This document shows, piece by piece, positions 26,185 to 35,836 of a stretch of DNA of 64,000 nt. This DNA is from Candidatus Spechtbacteria bacterium. GTDB lineage: Bacteria; Patescibacteriota; Minisyncoccia; Spechtbacterales; JACPHP01. Below the pieces are notes generated by a model that saw only the letters and a program-made list of their open reading frames with translations, had not been told where the DNA came from and ran no database searches. The stretch spans positions 24,786 through 88,785 of the forward strand of contig JACPHP010000009.1 of the NCBI GenBank assembly GCA_016188605.1, read 5' to 3'. A program made the position numbers and the translations under genes. The stretch's first letter is position 1, and each line of letters begins with the position of its first letter.

Positions 26185-27531
26185 ATGAATCCTTTTTTTA
26201 ATGGCCTGCTTGGCATTAACGCGCGCAATTTGCTGTTTATACAGCGGTCAACTTCGCCGTACACGCGCGTATTAATAGACAATAAACTTAAAACAAAAGA
26301 GATTTTAGAAAAAAACAATATTCCCACGCCAAAAACATTCGCTGTTATTCGATCGGCTGACGAAGCTCTTAATTTTAACTGGTCGTCGCTTCCTTTGAGT
26401 TTTGCTCTTAAACCAAATAAAGGATTTGGTGGCGCGGGTATTGTGGTGGCATATGGAGAGTGTAAAAAAAATCACTCGCGAGCTGTAGGCTCGCCCCACA
26501 TACCCACTCGCACATGGATCGGTTTACGCCGTACTCATCTGGACACCAATTTTCTCTCAAAACATATTATAGACATCCTTGATGGAAAATATTCCATAAA
26601 TGGAACGCAAGACACCGCGTATTTTGAGGAAAGGATTAAACTACTCAAAGAATTTCGCATATTTACATCCAAAGGAATGCCTGATATTAGGGTTGTGGTT
26701 TACAACAGCATTCCTGTTATGGCGGAGTTGCGCTTGCCGACAACAGAATCTGACGGAAGGGCAAACCTGCACTTGGGCGGAGTTGGCGTGGGCATAGATA
26801 TCTCTACTGGTAAAACTACTTTTGCAATTCACCACGACAAACCAATAACATTTCATCCCGACAACTTAAGGATTCCATTGGCAGGCCTCGCCATCCCTTA
26901 TTGGGAAGAAATACTTGAGCTTGCGATTGCTTCTCAACAAGCTATTGGATCAAATTTCCTGGGGGTTGATATAAGCATTGATAAGTATAGAGGGCCTATG
27001 ATCTTGGAGTGCAACGCGCGCCCTGGACTCGCTATTCAGCTTGCCAATAGGGCACCACTTTATTCACGCCTTCAGCGCGTAGAGGGGTTAAAAATACATT
27101 CTATAAAACAAGGGGTACAAATTGCAAAAAATATATTTTGTGACGACAATTCGCATGAACAGGAGGGGTTACAGCGCACTGATATTATTGGTATAAGAGA
27201 AAATATTTCTATAATCACGCCTAATGGTATCACACACCCTACCGTGGCCAAGATAGACACCGGCGCCTATCGCACAACGCTTGATGTAAAAATAGCGGAA
27301 CAATTAAATCTAACTGGGATAAAAAAGTACAAACATGTTCGCGGTGTGCTAGGAAAAGAAAATAGACCAATTATTGATCTTGTTTTTGAATTACGAAATA
27401 AAAAAATAAGCACAGAAGCATTTGTGGCTGATCGAGAGGAAATGAAACACGATATTATTATAGGCAGAAGAGATCTTAAACGATTTTTAGTCGATCCCGC
27501 AAAAAATGTTAGAATTCCTTACAGTGAATAG
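26185..27531 (+). CDS. RimK-like ATP-grasp ligase fused to a C-terminal retropepsin-like domain (DUF785, formerly 'putative ATP-dependent zinc protease')
   Basis: N-terminal ATP-grasp region (IRSADEALNFNW..., GFGGAGIVVAYGE, ...). C-terminal AKIDTGAYRTTLDVKIAEQLNL is the hallmark DTGA aspartyl-protease-like motif of PF05618-type domains. Confidence 0.55.
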   Translation: MNPFFNGLLGINARNLLFIQRSTSPYTRVLIDNKLKTKEILEKNNIPTPKTFAVIRSADEALNFNWSSLPLSFALKPNKGFGGAGIVVAYGECKKNHSRAVGSPHIPTRTWIGLRRTHLDTNFLSKHIIDILDGKYSINGTQDTAYFEERIKLLKEFRIFTSKGMPDIRVVVYNSIPVMAELRLPTTESDGRANLHLGGVGVGIDISTGKTTFAIHHDKPITFHPDNLRIPLAGLAIPYWEEILELAIASQQAIGSNFLGVDISIDKYRGPMILECNARPGLAIQLANRAPLYSRLQRVEGLKIHSIKQGVQIAKNIFCDDNSHEQEGLQRTDIIGIRENISIITPNGITHPTVAKIDTGAYRTTLDVKIAEQLNLTGIKKYKHVRGVLGKENRPIIDLVFELRNKKISTEAFVADREEMKHDIIIGRRDLKRFLVDPAKNVRIPYSE

Positions 27532-27571
27532 CAAAAACTCCCCGCCGCGGCGGGGAGTTTTTGCTATTCAC

Positions 27572-28780
27572 TTATTTTATGCGCACCCTTGCAAATTTTC
27601 TTCTTCCAACCCTAACAACACTTCCGTCGCTAGGTGTAATGGTTTGCCGCCAGTCTTCAATTATTTCATCATTAATAAATACCGCCCTTTGCTCCACCAT
27701 GCGCTTTGCTTCGCTTTTTGAAGGCACGAGGTTAAGCGCAACAAGAAAGTCCATTATATTTATCTCTTTTTTGGATATAGTGATGGCTGGTATATCTGAA
27801 GGTATTTGATGTTGCGCAAAAACCCTATCAAATTCTTCCGCCGCTTCATCAGCGTCTTTTTTACCCCAATAAAATTCAGTGATTATGTGTGCTAGTAGGG
27901 CTTTGGTAGCGCGAGGATTGCCTCCCTCTACAAGGTTTTGTATTTCTTCCTTAGATAATTCTGTTAAGTAGGTGAAATAATCTCTTACTAAAGCGTCTGG
28001 TATGCTCATTAATTTTCCGTACATAGAGTTTGGCTCCTCTGAAAGTCCAATATAATTACCCAAACTCTTGCTCATTTTTTGTGCGCCGTCCGTGCCGATA
28101 AGGTATGGGGTTAAAACAACGTCTTGCGGCTCCATGCCGGCTTGTTTTTGCAAAACGCGCCCCGTAAGAATATTAAATTTCTGCTCGCTTGCCCCAACTT
28201 CCACATCCGCCTTAACCATTACAGAATCGTACCCTTGAAGGAGCGGATATAACATTTCGTGTGCCATAAACGGCCGCTCGTTTTCCAAGCGCTTGCGAAA
28301 TGTTTCATGACTCAAAAGATAAGATACTGACAGCCGTGATGTTAGTTCCAAGATGTCTTTTAGGCGAAATTTGTTAAACCACTCGCTCTGAAAATGGAGT
28401 TCTGTCTGATCTTTTTTAAGAATTTTTAAGATTTGATTTTTATACAAAGCGCTGTTATTTTTAATCTCTTTTAGAGATAACGAATGGCGCGTAGTATCTT
28501 TACCCGACGGGTCCCCTATAGAAGCCGTGTAGTCTCCAATTATAATAACCGCGGTATGACCAAGCTCCTGGAAATGTCGCAATTTCCACAAGGGTATAGT
28601 GTGGCCAAGGTGAATATCTGGCGCTGTTGGATCAATCCCAAACTTAACACGCAATTTTTTGCCCCCTCTAAGGGCTTCTAACAGGTGGTCCTTCTCGATA
28701 ATCTCTACTACGCCACGCTCTATAACCTGAATAACAAGTTCTTGAGTGGCCTGTGTATCGCTTGTTTTTTTTATTGACAT
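27572..28780 (-). CDS. tyrS: Tyrosyl-tRNA synthetase
   Basis: HIGH motif in GIDPTAPDIHLGHTIPL. KMSKS present (KMSKSLGN). C-terminal S4-like region. I chose the ATG at 28780; the ORF-track maximal start is 28834. Confidence 0.85.
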   Translation of the reverse strand: MSIKKTSDTQATQELVIQVIERGVVEIIEKDHLLEALRGGKKLRVKFGIDPTAPDIHLGHTIPLWKLRHFQELGHTAVIIIGDYTASIGDPSGKDTTRHSLSLKEIKNNSALYKNQILKILKKDQTELHFQSEWFNKFRLKDILELTSRLSVSYLLSHETFRKRLENERPFMAHEMLYPLLQGYDSVMVKADVEVGASEQKFNILTGRVLQKQAGMEPQDVVLTPYLIGTDGAQKMSKSLGNYIGLSEEPNSMYGKLMSIPDALVRDYFTYLTELSKEEIQNLVEGGNPRATKALLAHIITEFYWGKKDADEAAEEFDRVFAQHQIPSDIPAITISKKEINIMDFLVALNLVPSKSEAKRMVEQRAVFINDEIIEDWRQTITPSDGSVVRVGRRKFARVRIK

Positions 28781-28834
28781 ATAATATAAAGGTGAGGCTA
28801 ATATAAATCTGTCTCGAAAATAAATTTTAAGCAC

Positions 28835-29125
28835 TAAATTTATTTTGAAATTTTATTATCTTAAATCTCAAATGGCAAATCTCTCAGCCAGAGCAAGAAA
28901 TACAACAGAATGTATTTCTACGTTTAACAAAAATTACAACAAAATGTAATTTTACGCTAAGGCTGATCCCCGCCAGAGGCGGGCAGGCGCCTCGGGCGGA
29001 AAATCTTTTACTGAATCTAAAATTTCAAAATTTCTTCCGTAGATTTAAGATTTGAGTTTTAGTTTTGCGATTTTAGATTTGAGTTTTGAGATAACCATAA
29101 TTAATCTAAATATAACATAACGCCC
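28835..29125. repeat. Composite palindromic intergenic element; its inverted core (28875-29013) matches 24842-24980
   Basis: ctctcagccagagcaagaaatacaacagaatgtatttctacgtttaacaaaaattacaacaaaatgtaattttacgctaaggctgatccccgccagaggcgggcaggcgcctcgggcggaaaatcttttact is the reverse complement of the 24.8-kb core. Flanked by 'agatttgag' heptamer arrays. Confidence 0.7.
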
Positions 29126-31618
29126 ATGACTGGTCTATTAAAAAAACTTCGTACTATCCTCCTTTATTTCATAGCTTTAATCATGGGGCTTTTTCTTGTT
29201 GGCGGCGGAGTAGTCGCCTACTATGTTAAAACCCTCCCCTCTCCTCAAGACTTAACAAATATGCGCGTAGTTGAGTCCACAAAAATATATGATCGCACGG
29301 GTACTGTGCTTTTATATGATATTTATGATGAACAGAAAAGAACAATTATTTCTCAAGATCAAATTCCTAATTTTATTAAATGGGCGACAATTTCCGCTGA
29401 AGATGATTCTTTTTATACTAATTTTGGCATAGATGTTAAGGGAATAATCCGCGCTATGTTTAAGAACATTCAAAGCGGAGGCATGCAACTTCAAGGAGGT
29501 TCAACAATAACCCAGCAGTTTGTAAAGAATGCATTTTTAACTCGCGAGCAGACAATACCTAGAAAAATAAAAGAGCTAATATTAACGCTTGAAATTGAAT
29601 GGCGCTACCCCAAAGATCAAATTCTTACATGGTATCTTAATCAAATTCCTTATGGCTCAAACACTTACGGAATTGAGGCTGCTTCCGAATTTTATTTTAA
29701 CAAACACGCGCAAGATCTAACTATAGCGGAATCCGCCCTCCTTGCCGCGATTCCCCGCGCGCCAACATATTACTCTCCTCATGGTAATCATCCTGATGAG
29801 CTTATAGCGCGCCAACAATATATTTTGGATCGCATGCGAAAATTTGATTATATCACGCAAGAAGATTACGATAATGCGCTGAAAGAAAAACTTACTTTCC
29901 AAAAAAATCAAGGGGGTTTTAAAGCGCCTCATTTTGTGCTTTACGTAAAAGAACAGCTTGAAACAATATATGGACCTAACTATCTCCAGTCATCAGGTCT
30001 TGTTGTGCGCACAACACTTGATTGGGATCTGCAAAAAAAAGCTGAGGAGATTATTAAAGAAGAGGCGCTTAAAAATCTCAAAAATAAAGGGCAGAATGCC
30101 GCCCTTGTTACTATCGACCCTAAAACTGGCCAAATTTTAACGATGGTGGGGTCTCGCGACTACTTCGCCGACCCATCTCCGGCCGGTTGTATCTCGGGAA
30201 AAAATTGCGCCTTTGACCCTAATGTTAATGTTGCTATTCGTCCGCGCCAACCAGGATCGTCGTTCAAGCCTTTTGCATACTCAGAAGCCTTTAATAAAGG
30301 ATACACTCCTGATACTATTATTTTTGACATACCTACAGAATTTAACGCCTACTGCGCTCCTGATGGGTCGCAAGATAAAGATCAATATGGCTTAAAATGT
30401 TATCACCCGCAAAACTACACAGGAACTTTCCGCGGCCCCGTAACAATGAAAGAAGCGTTGGCGCAATCAATTAATATTCCTGCCATTAAAACCCTTTACC
30501 TTGCTGGCGTATCGGAAACAATTAGTCTTGCTAAAAAAATGGGTATTACGTCTTTGCGCGATCCAAGCCGGTATGGATTGTCTTTAGTTTTAGGTGGCGG
30601 CGAGGTAACTCTTCTTGAAGAAACGTCCGCGTATGGAGTGTTCGCGACAAGTGGGAGTTATATGCCCACAACATCCATTATATCTATCACGGATACTGAA
30701 GGAAATGTTGTTCAAAAACACAACGAAACACCACAGCTAGTGCTTGATAAATCAGTCACTGATTTAATTAGCGGCATTCTCTCTTCTGACGATCTAAGAG
30801 CGCCTGTTTTTGGTAGGCATGGAAATCTTTACACTCCCAATATATCAACTGCCGTAAAAACCGGCACAACGCAAAACTATCGCGATGCGTGGACTGTGGG
30901 ATACACGCCCGATATTGTTGTTGGTGTATGGGTTGGCAATAACGATGGCACGTTTATGACGCAAGGGGGGGTTAATGCCGCAGCTCCTATTTGGAATAAA
31001 ATAATAACATATATCTATAATCGCCCTAAATCAAATAGTGATTTTATAGTTTCTCGCGCTTCTACTCTACCAGTATTATCACCATCGCAGACAGGAAACC
31101 TTATTCTCGATGGTAATATAGCCGGACTTGAAACCGTAGATGGGGTATTTCATACAATCTTATATTTCCTTGACAAGGACAATCCTCGCGGACAAGGAAA
31201 CTCTCAAGGCGACGCTCAATTTTCTCAATGGGAGGCTGCTATATCAAACTGGATTAAAACTAACCCTATTTTAATTCCGCCGCCGCCAACAGCGCCGCAA
31301 CCTAATAATCCAACACAACCAATACCGCCCATATCTATTGATTTACTATCTCCAACGCAATACCAACTCCAAAAAAATTCTCAAAATATTGCTGAGATTA
31401 TTTTAATATCAACCACGCCAATCTCTACTCTTCGCATAACGCAAGATGATAGGATTATTTTGGTAAAGGATTTATCTGATCAAAACACATTGTCTTTTAC
31501 TGCGGATATTTATCTTAATAAACCTATTAAAGACAGTAAAACCTCTACTGTAAGAATAGAGGTTGGTAATAAGTCGGGAGAATCTTTGTCTAAATCATTT
31601 CCTTTTATATCTAACTAA
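29126..31618 (+). CDS. Class A penicillin-binding protein (PBP1A; glycosyltransferase plus transpeptidase)
   Basis: GT51 motifs ISAEDDSFYTNFGID and QGGSTITQQ. Transpeptidase SSFKPF (SxxK) and KTGTT. N-terminal TM anchor. Pro-rich C-terminal extension. Confidence 0.9.
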   Translation: MTGLLKKLRTILLYFIALIMGLFLVGGGVVAYYVKTLPSPQDLTNMRVVESTKIYDRTGTVLLYDIYDEQKRTIISQDQIPNFIKWATISAEDDSFYTNFGIDVKGIIRAMFKNIQSGGMQLQGGSTITQQFVKNAFLTREQTIPRKIKELILTLEIEWRYPKDQILTWYLNQIPYGSNTYGIEAASEFYFNKHAQDLTIAESALLAAIPRAPTYYSPHGNHPDELIARQQYILDRMRKFDYITQEDYDNALKEKLTFQKNQGGFKAPHFVLYVKEQLETIYGPNYLQSSGLVVRTTLDWDLQKKAEEIIKEEALKNLKNKGQNAALVTIDPKTGQILTMVGSRDYFADPSPAGCISGKNCAFDPNVNVAIRPRQPGSSFKPFAYSEAFNKGYTPDTIIFDIPTEFNAYCAPDGSQDKDQYGLKCYHPQNYTGTFRGPVTMKEALAQSINIPAIKTLYLAGVSETISLAKKMGITSLRDPSRYGLSLVLGGGEVTLLEETSAYGVFATSGSYMPTTSIISITDTEGNVVQKHNETPQLVLDKSVTDLISGILSSDDLRAPVFGRHGNLYTPNISTAVKTGTTQNYRDAWTVGYTPDIVVGVWVGNNDGTFMTQGGVNAAAPIWNKIITYIYNRPKSNSDFIVSRASTLPVLSPSQTGNLILDGNIAGLETVDGVFHTILYFLDKDNPRGQGNSQGDAQFSQWEAAISNWIKTNPILIPPPPTAPQPNNPTQPIPPISIDLLSPTQYQLQKNSQNIAEIILISTTPISTLRITQDDRIILVKDLSDQNTLSFTADIYLNKPIKDSKTSTVRIEVGNKSGESLSKSFPFISN

Positions 31619-31662
31619 TTATTGAAGGTGATAAATGATTTGTTTTGGCGCAATAACTATTA

Positions 31663-31971
31663 TTAATTTTTAGGCACAGGGTGGTTATATATAAATAAAA
31701 TATTCTGAATCGGAAATCGCGTTTTTACAACAATTTTTTCAATCAATGCTTTTTTATTACCCTCAAATTCACTCACCCAGATCGGTTGGCTAACAAAAAC
31801 TTTCAATATGTTATTTTGCACGCCCACTGCCTTGCTGTATATACTAGAACTAGGGTATAACTCCTCCACAACACTCTTCCATACTACACACACTTCATTC
31901 TCTTTAAATGGAGCTTCTAGACCCTTTTTTTTAATATAATCGGCAATAGTAAAAGAAAGCTTACTCCACAT
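31663..31971 (-). CDS. DUF721 (DciA-like) protein downstream of dnaN
   Basis: About 100 aa. VCVVWKSVVEELYPSSSIYSKAVGVQNNILKVFVSQPIWVSEF fits my recall of DUF721. Conserved position in the dnaA-dnaN neighbourhood. Confidence 0.45.
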   Translation of the reverse strand: MWSKLSFTIADYIKKKGLEAPFKENEVCVVWKSVVEELYPSSSIYSKAVGVQNNILKVFVSQPIWVSEFEGNKKALIEKIVVKTRFPIQNILFIYNHPVPKN

Positions 31972-31980
31972 AAAACATAA

Positions 31981-33120
31981 TTATTTCCTTAGTGGCATCA
32001 CAATATAACGATATTCTTGTTTTGAAGACGGCTCAAACACTATCGGGCCGTCTTTTTGTTTTATTTTAACTATAACATCAGAATCCTCTAGGGGTTGCAA
32101 GCCGTCAAGCAAATATTGATAATTAAACACAATATCTTGATCTTCACCTCCCTCAATATTGCAAGACACGCGAGATTTAAATGACCCCCTGTCGTAATCT
32201 TCTGTTGATATTTCAACGCATTTCTGCGCTGGTAATACACGAATACCTATTTCTCTTAGCTTATTTGCGAACAATCCGGCGCTTTTTATTGTATTTAATA
32301 ATTCTGATTTAGAAATAATTACTTTTGTCTTCCATTCTTTGGGAATAATTTGTATATAATCAGGATAATCACCATCAATAAGACGAGAGATAAGTGTTAG
32401 TGCCGGAATATTTGATTGTTCGTTGGGATTATATTCAAACAATACCTGGCCCTGGCCCAAATAACAAACTAGCGGTGAAATTGATTCATCTTGCTGAAAA
32501 ATACGTATAATTTCCTGAGCTGCCCTCATTGGTAAAATAAAATTTATATCATCATCTGATTTTGACTTATATAGATCTGTATTTTCTGCTAAACGAAAAC
32601 TATCTGTAGCAACGCAAATAATTGAGTTGGGTGTAAATTTTACTAATATGCCCGTTAACTCTGGCTTAGTATCAACAACGGATAAAGAGTGTATAACGCG
32701 TTCGAGCGAATGCGCAAATTTATTCGCCTCTATATTAAAACCGTTATCGCGAGAAAGTTTAGGTAAAAGAGGATAGTTTGTCGGGTCATCGCCTTTTATT
32801 TGAGCCACAACGCCTTCATTTACTCCTGTAATAATAAGTGTTTGTTTTTTTTCAGCTCCTATAATTGAATCATCTGACATTGTCCGTATAAGACCGCTTA
32901 ATGTATGCGCTGGTAAGGCCAATACGCCTTCTTTCTGCACTTTAGCGGAAACCCACGCGGAAATACCAACCTCTAAATCAGTAGCAATAAACACTAATCT
33001 ATTCTGCTCTGCTCTAATAAGAATATTTTGAAGAATGGGCAGTGTGGTATTACGACCGCATACACGCTCAACTAACTGTATTCCTTGAAAAAATTTATTT
33101 TTAGTACAGGTGAATTCCAT
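31981..33120 (-). CDS. dnaN: DNA polymerase III beta sliding clamp
   Basis: 379 aa, N-terminus MEFTCTKNKFFQGIQLVERV..., immediately downstream of dnaA. Confidence 0.85.
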   Translation of the reverse strand: MEFTCTKNKFFQGIQLVERVCGRNTTLPILQNILIRAEQNRLVFIATDLEVGISAWVSAKVQKEGVLALPAHTLSGLIRTMSDDSIIGAEKKQTLIITGVNEGVVAQIKGDDPTNYPLLPKLSRDNGFNIEANKFAHSLERVIHSLSVVDTKPELTGILVKFTPNSIICVATDSFRLAENTDLYKSKSDDDINFILPMRAAQEIIRIFQQDESISPLVCYLGQGQVLFEYNPNEQSNIPALTLISRLIDGDYPDYIQIIPKEWKTKVIISKSELLNTIKSAGLFANKLREIGIRVLPAQKCVEISTEDYDRGSFKSRVSCNIEGGEDQDIVFNYQYLLDGLQPLEDSDVIVKIKQKDGPIVFEPSSKQEYRYIVMPLRK

Positions 33121-33342
33121 AATCTAATTATTATATTTATTTATAGTGTAATAGTTGTTAGTGTCTCAACAATTCTGGGGATAAGTAAATTTAACCTTTT
33201 ATTTATCAGTAGAATAGATATGCATATCTATGTGTATAAACAAGGCGCAATATAGTGTATTACTAGGCGCTTTTAGAAATATTCGTACTTGTGTTCAGTT
33301 CTACCACAACTTATCCATATGGTTTTCCACACGTTGTACACC
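33121..33342. promoter_or_regulatory. AT-rich dnaA-dnaN intergenic region with DnaA-box-like 9-mers (candidate oriC part or DUE)
   Basis: ttatccata, ttttccaca, ggggataag and tgtgtataa are 0-2 mismatches from TTATCCACA or its complement. Very AT-rich. Confidence 0.4.
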
Positions 33343-34713
33343 CTACAATTGTAGTATTTTTTGTTTTATTATCTCAAATTCCTCTCTAAAAAATTCATCT
33401 TTTTTTAATTTTTCCGCAATTTTATTACAAGCATGCATAACTGTGGTATGATCTCTTCCCCCAAGTGTTTTGCCAATTAATGGATAGGAGGTGTGAATAA
33501 CTTCGCGCATGGCATACATAATAACCTGACGCGCGTGAGCGAGCTCTTTTCTTCTGTTTTTGCTTAATATTTCCTTTTCTTTAATATTATAAAACCCAGA
33601 CACTGCGGCAGTAATAACCTTGTGTGTTATGAGAGGACGAGAGTTTTTAACAATACCCCTTAATGCTTTTTTAGTATCTTCTAATGTGATTTGCCGATCT
33701 GGCTCATTTGCTTTAGATGTAAGCAGAATATTAAGAGCGCCTTCTAGCTCCCTCATATTTCTTTGTATTTGTTCCGCGATAAATTGAAGGATACTTAGGT
33801 GTAAATTAAGGTTTTTTTCTTTACATTTTGCTTGTAAAATGGCTAGTCGCATTTCATATTCTGGGTAACTGATATCAGCGATCATTCCTCCCTCGAAACG
33901 AGATCGCAATCTCTCCTCAAGTGTTGCAATTGATTGTGGCGGTCTGTCAGAGCTTAAAATAATTTGTTTATTGTTTTCGTAAAGAGTATTAAATGTGTGG
34001 AAAAACTCCTCTTGTGTTGTTACTTTACCGGCTATAAATTGAATATCATCAATGATTAGCGCGTCAATTTTCCTATAGCGCGCCTTAAATTCATCCATTT
34101 TTTTGTTGCGCATTGACACAACAAGATCGTTTAAAAAATGTTCAGAAGAAAGGTATCTAATTTTTTTTCCTTTTTGGAAAAATTCATTTCCTATGGCTTG
34201 CAAAAGATGTGTTTTACCAAGCCCCACCCCCCCGTATATAAATAAGGGGTTATAAAGTGTTCCGGGTTGTTTAATAATAGCTTGGGCTGCCGCATGAGCT
34301 ATTACATTTGAAGATCCCACTATAAATGAGTCAAAAGTATATTTTGAATTAAGTCCTGTCTCTTTATTTACCACTATGCGTTCCAAGGGCAGTTCGTATA
34401 AATTTGTTTTTTGCATCTGTTGTGGGGTAATCAAACGAACCCTAGTATTTTGAGTTAAGGGATTTTTTCGCGCGTTTATTATATAGCTTATTTCTTTTAT
34501 TTCAGGGGCAAGCGTTCTTATTGCCTTAAGTATATGTTTATGATATTTATTTTCTAACCATTCTTTAGCAAAGCCGCTAGGAACAGCAATAATAACCTCC
34601 CCATCATTTTTTGCAGTGATAGAAGTATTACGAAACCACGTTATGTAATTTGCGGGAGAAATTTGAAGCTCTATGTCGGCCAAAGCCGCTTGCCATAGTT
34701 CGTTCGGGTTCAT
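33343..34713 (-). CDS. dnaA: Chromosomal replication initiator DnaA
   Basis: Walker A GGVGLGKTHLLQAIGN, DDIQFIAGK, and C-terminal DNA-binding helix HTTVMHACNKI. 456 aa. Confidence 0.95.
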   Translation of the reverse strand: MNPNELWQAALADIELQISPANYITWFRNTSITAKNDGEVIIAVPSGFAKEWLENKYHKHILKAIRTLAPEIKEISYIINARKNPLTQNTRVRLITPQQMQKTNLYELPLERIVVNKETGLNSKYTFDSFIVGSSNVIAHAAAQAIIKQPGTLYNPLFIYGGVGLGKTHLLQAIGNEFFQKGKKIRYLSSEHFLNDLVVSMRNKKMDEFKARYRKIDALIIDDIQFIAGKVTTQEEFFHTFNTLYENNKQIILSSDRPPQSIATLEERLRSRFEGGMIADISYPEYEMRLAILQAKCKEKNLNLHLSILQFIAEQIQRNMRELEGALNILLTSKANEPDRQITLEDTKKALRGIVKNSRPLITHKVITAAVSGFYNIKEKEILSKNRRKELAHARQVIMYAMREVIHTSYPLIGKTLGGRDHTTVMHACNKIAEKLKKDEFFREEFEIIKQKILQL

Positions 34714-35123
34714 TGCAAAAAAATTTAACTTGCTAATTCCAACACAGGTTATATTGGTTGGTTACTTTATTGGAAGGTGTCGGAAACCGCGGGTTTCTGA
34801 CTATAAAATTTTTCATTCAATACCGACCCGCTTGCTAGTCAGAGGTTCATTCCAGGTGTGATTAATTATATCACAAGGTACTTTATAAAAGTAAAATAAC
34901 GGTAAAGAGCGGAAAAATCATTAAAAACTGTTAATAAGTCTGTGGATTAACGGTGGATAACTTTTTTAATAGATTAAACTAGAAAAAATTATACTTCTAT
35001 TTTTAAATTAGCATAGAAAAAATTTTTTGTATTGTCCAACAAACAGATATTAAACATTTAATATTAAATTTGACCAACAAACTAATCTCTGCTACAAAAA
35101 GAATGAGCGCTAATAATATCATT
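34714..35123. promoter_or_regulatory. Divergent dnaA / rpmH intergenic region with adjacent DnaA boxes (candidate oriC and dnaA promoter)
   Basis: tgtggatta (34941-34949) and ggtggataa (34953-34961) lie in an AT-rich stretch of about 400 bp between divergent dnaA and rpmH. Confidence 0.5.
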
Positions 35124-35258
35124 ATGTCGGTTACATACCAAAAAAAGACCAAAAAAAGAAATCGCAAGCATGGTTTTATGGAAAGGAGTTCAACTCCCAG
35201 TGGAAGAAGGGTTTTAGCTAGGAGAAGGACTAAGCAAAGAAAGAATTTATCAGTATAA
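35124..35258 (+). CDS. rpmH: 50S ribosomal protein L34
   Basis: [44 protein letters not shown] (44 aa) is L34-like. The ORF track extended it to an upstream ATG at 35070. Confidence 0.85.
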   Translation: MSVTYQKKTKKRNRKHGFMERSSTPSGRRVLARRRTKQRKNLSV

Positions 35259-35259
35259 T

Positions 35260-35607
35260 ATGCCTACAAAGCGCCTTTTGGCGTTGCGCGGTTCGTATAA
35301 TATTCAAAATCTTTTCTCTAAAGGAAGGGTTATAAAAACACCACACTTCCTTATTAGGTATAAGGAAAAAAAAGATGATAGCGTGAGGGCGGGTGTTATT
35401 GTGACTAAAAAGATAGCTAAGAAAGCCGTTCAAAGAAATAAAATTAAGAGGCAGGTTCGCGAATGTCTTCGCAGTGTCGCGGATTTTTTTATTGGAGGAG
35501 TAGATGTTATTGTAATACCAAATTCAATAGATATGGAGTTTCAAGATATGAAAAACGAGATTATATTAGCTCTCAAAACAAGCAGACTTATTATTATAAA
35601 AGAATAG
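35260..35607 (+). CDS. rnpA: RNase P protein component
   Basis: 115 aa, basic. Position rpmH-rnpA. Motif KKAVQRNKIKRQVRE. Confidence 0.8.
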   Translation: MPTKRLLALRGSYNIQNLFSKGRVIKTPHFLIRYKEKKDDSVRAGVIVTKKIAKKAVQRNKIKRQVRECLRSVADFFIGGVDVIVIPNSIDMEFQDMKNEIILALKTSRLIIIKE

Positions 35608-35611
35608 ATTT

Positions 35612-35836
35612 ATGCTCAGTTTTATTAATGTTATTATATCAAGAATCTTCCTGGTGTGTATTAAATTGTATCAGTATACATTATCCCCCGACCACGGTTT
35701 AGCGTCTTATTATACAGTGGGCGTATGCCGCTCCCGTCCAACATGCTCAGAATTTGCGTATTTAGAAATTAAAAAAAGAGGCATTAAAGCAATCCCAGCA
35801 GTTTTTATAAAGATAAAGAATTGCCAGCCTTTTTAA
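35612..35836 (+). CDS. yidD: Membrane protein insertion efficiency factor YidD
   Basis: YQYTLSPDHG...CRSRPTCSEFA matches YidD (CRFxPSCSxYA-type). Confidence 0.75.
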   Translation: MLSFINVIISRIFLVCIKLYQYTLSPDHGLASYYTVGVCRSRPTCSEFAYLEIKKRGIKAIPAVFIKIKNCQPF

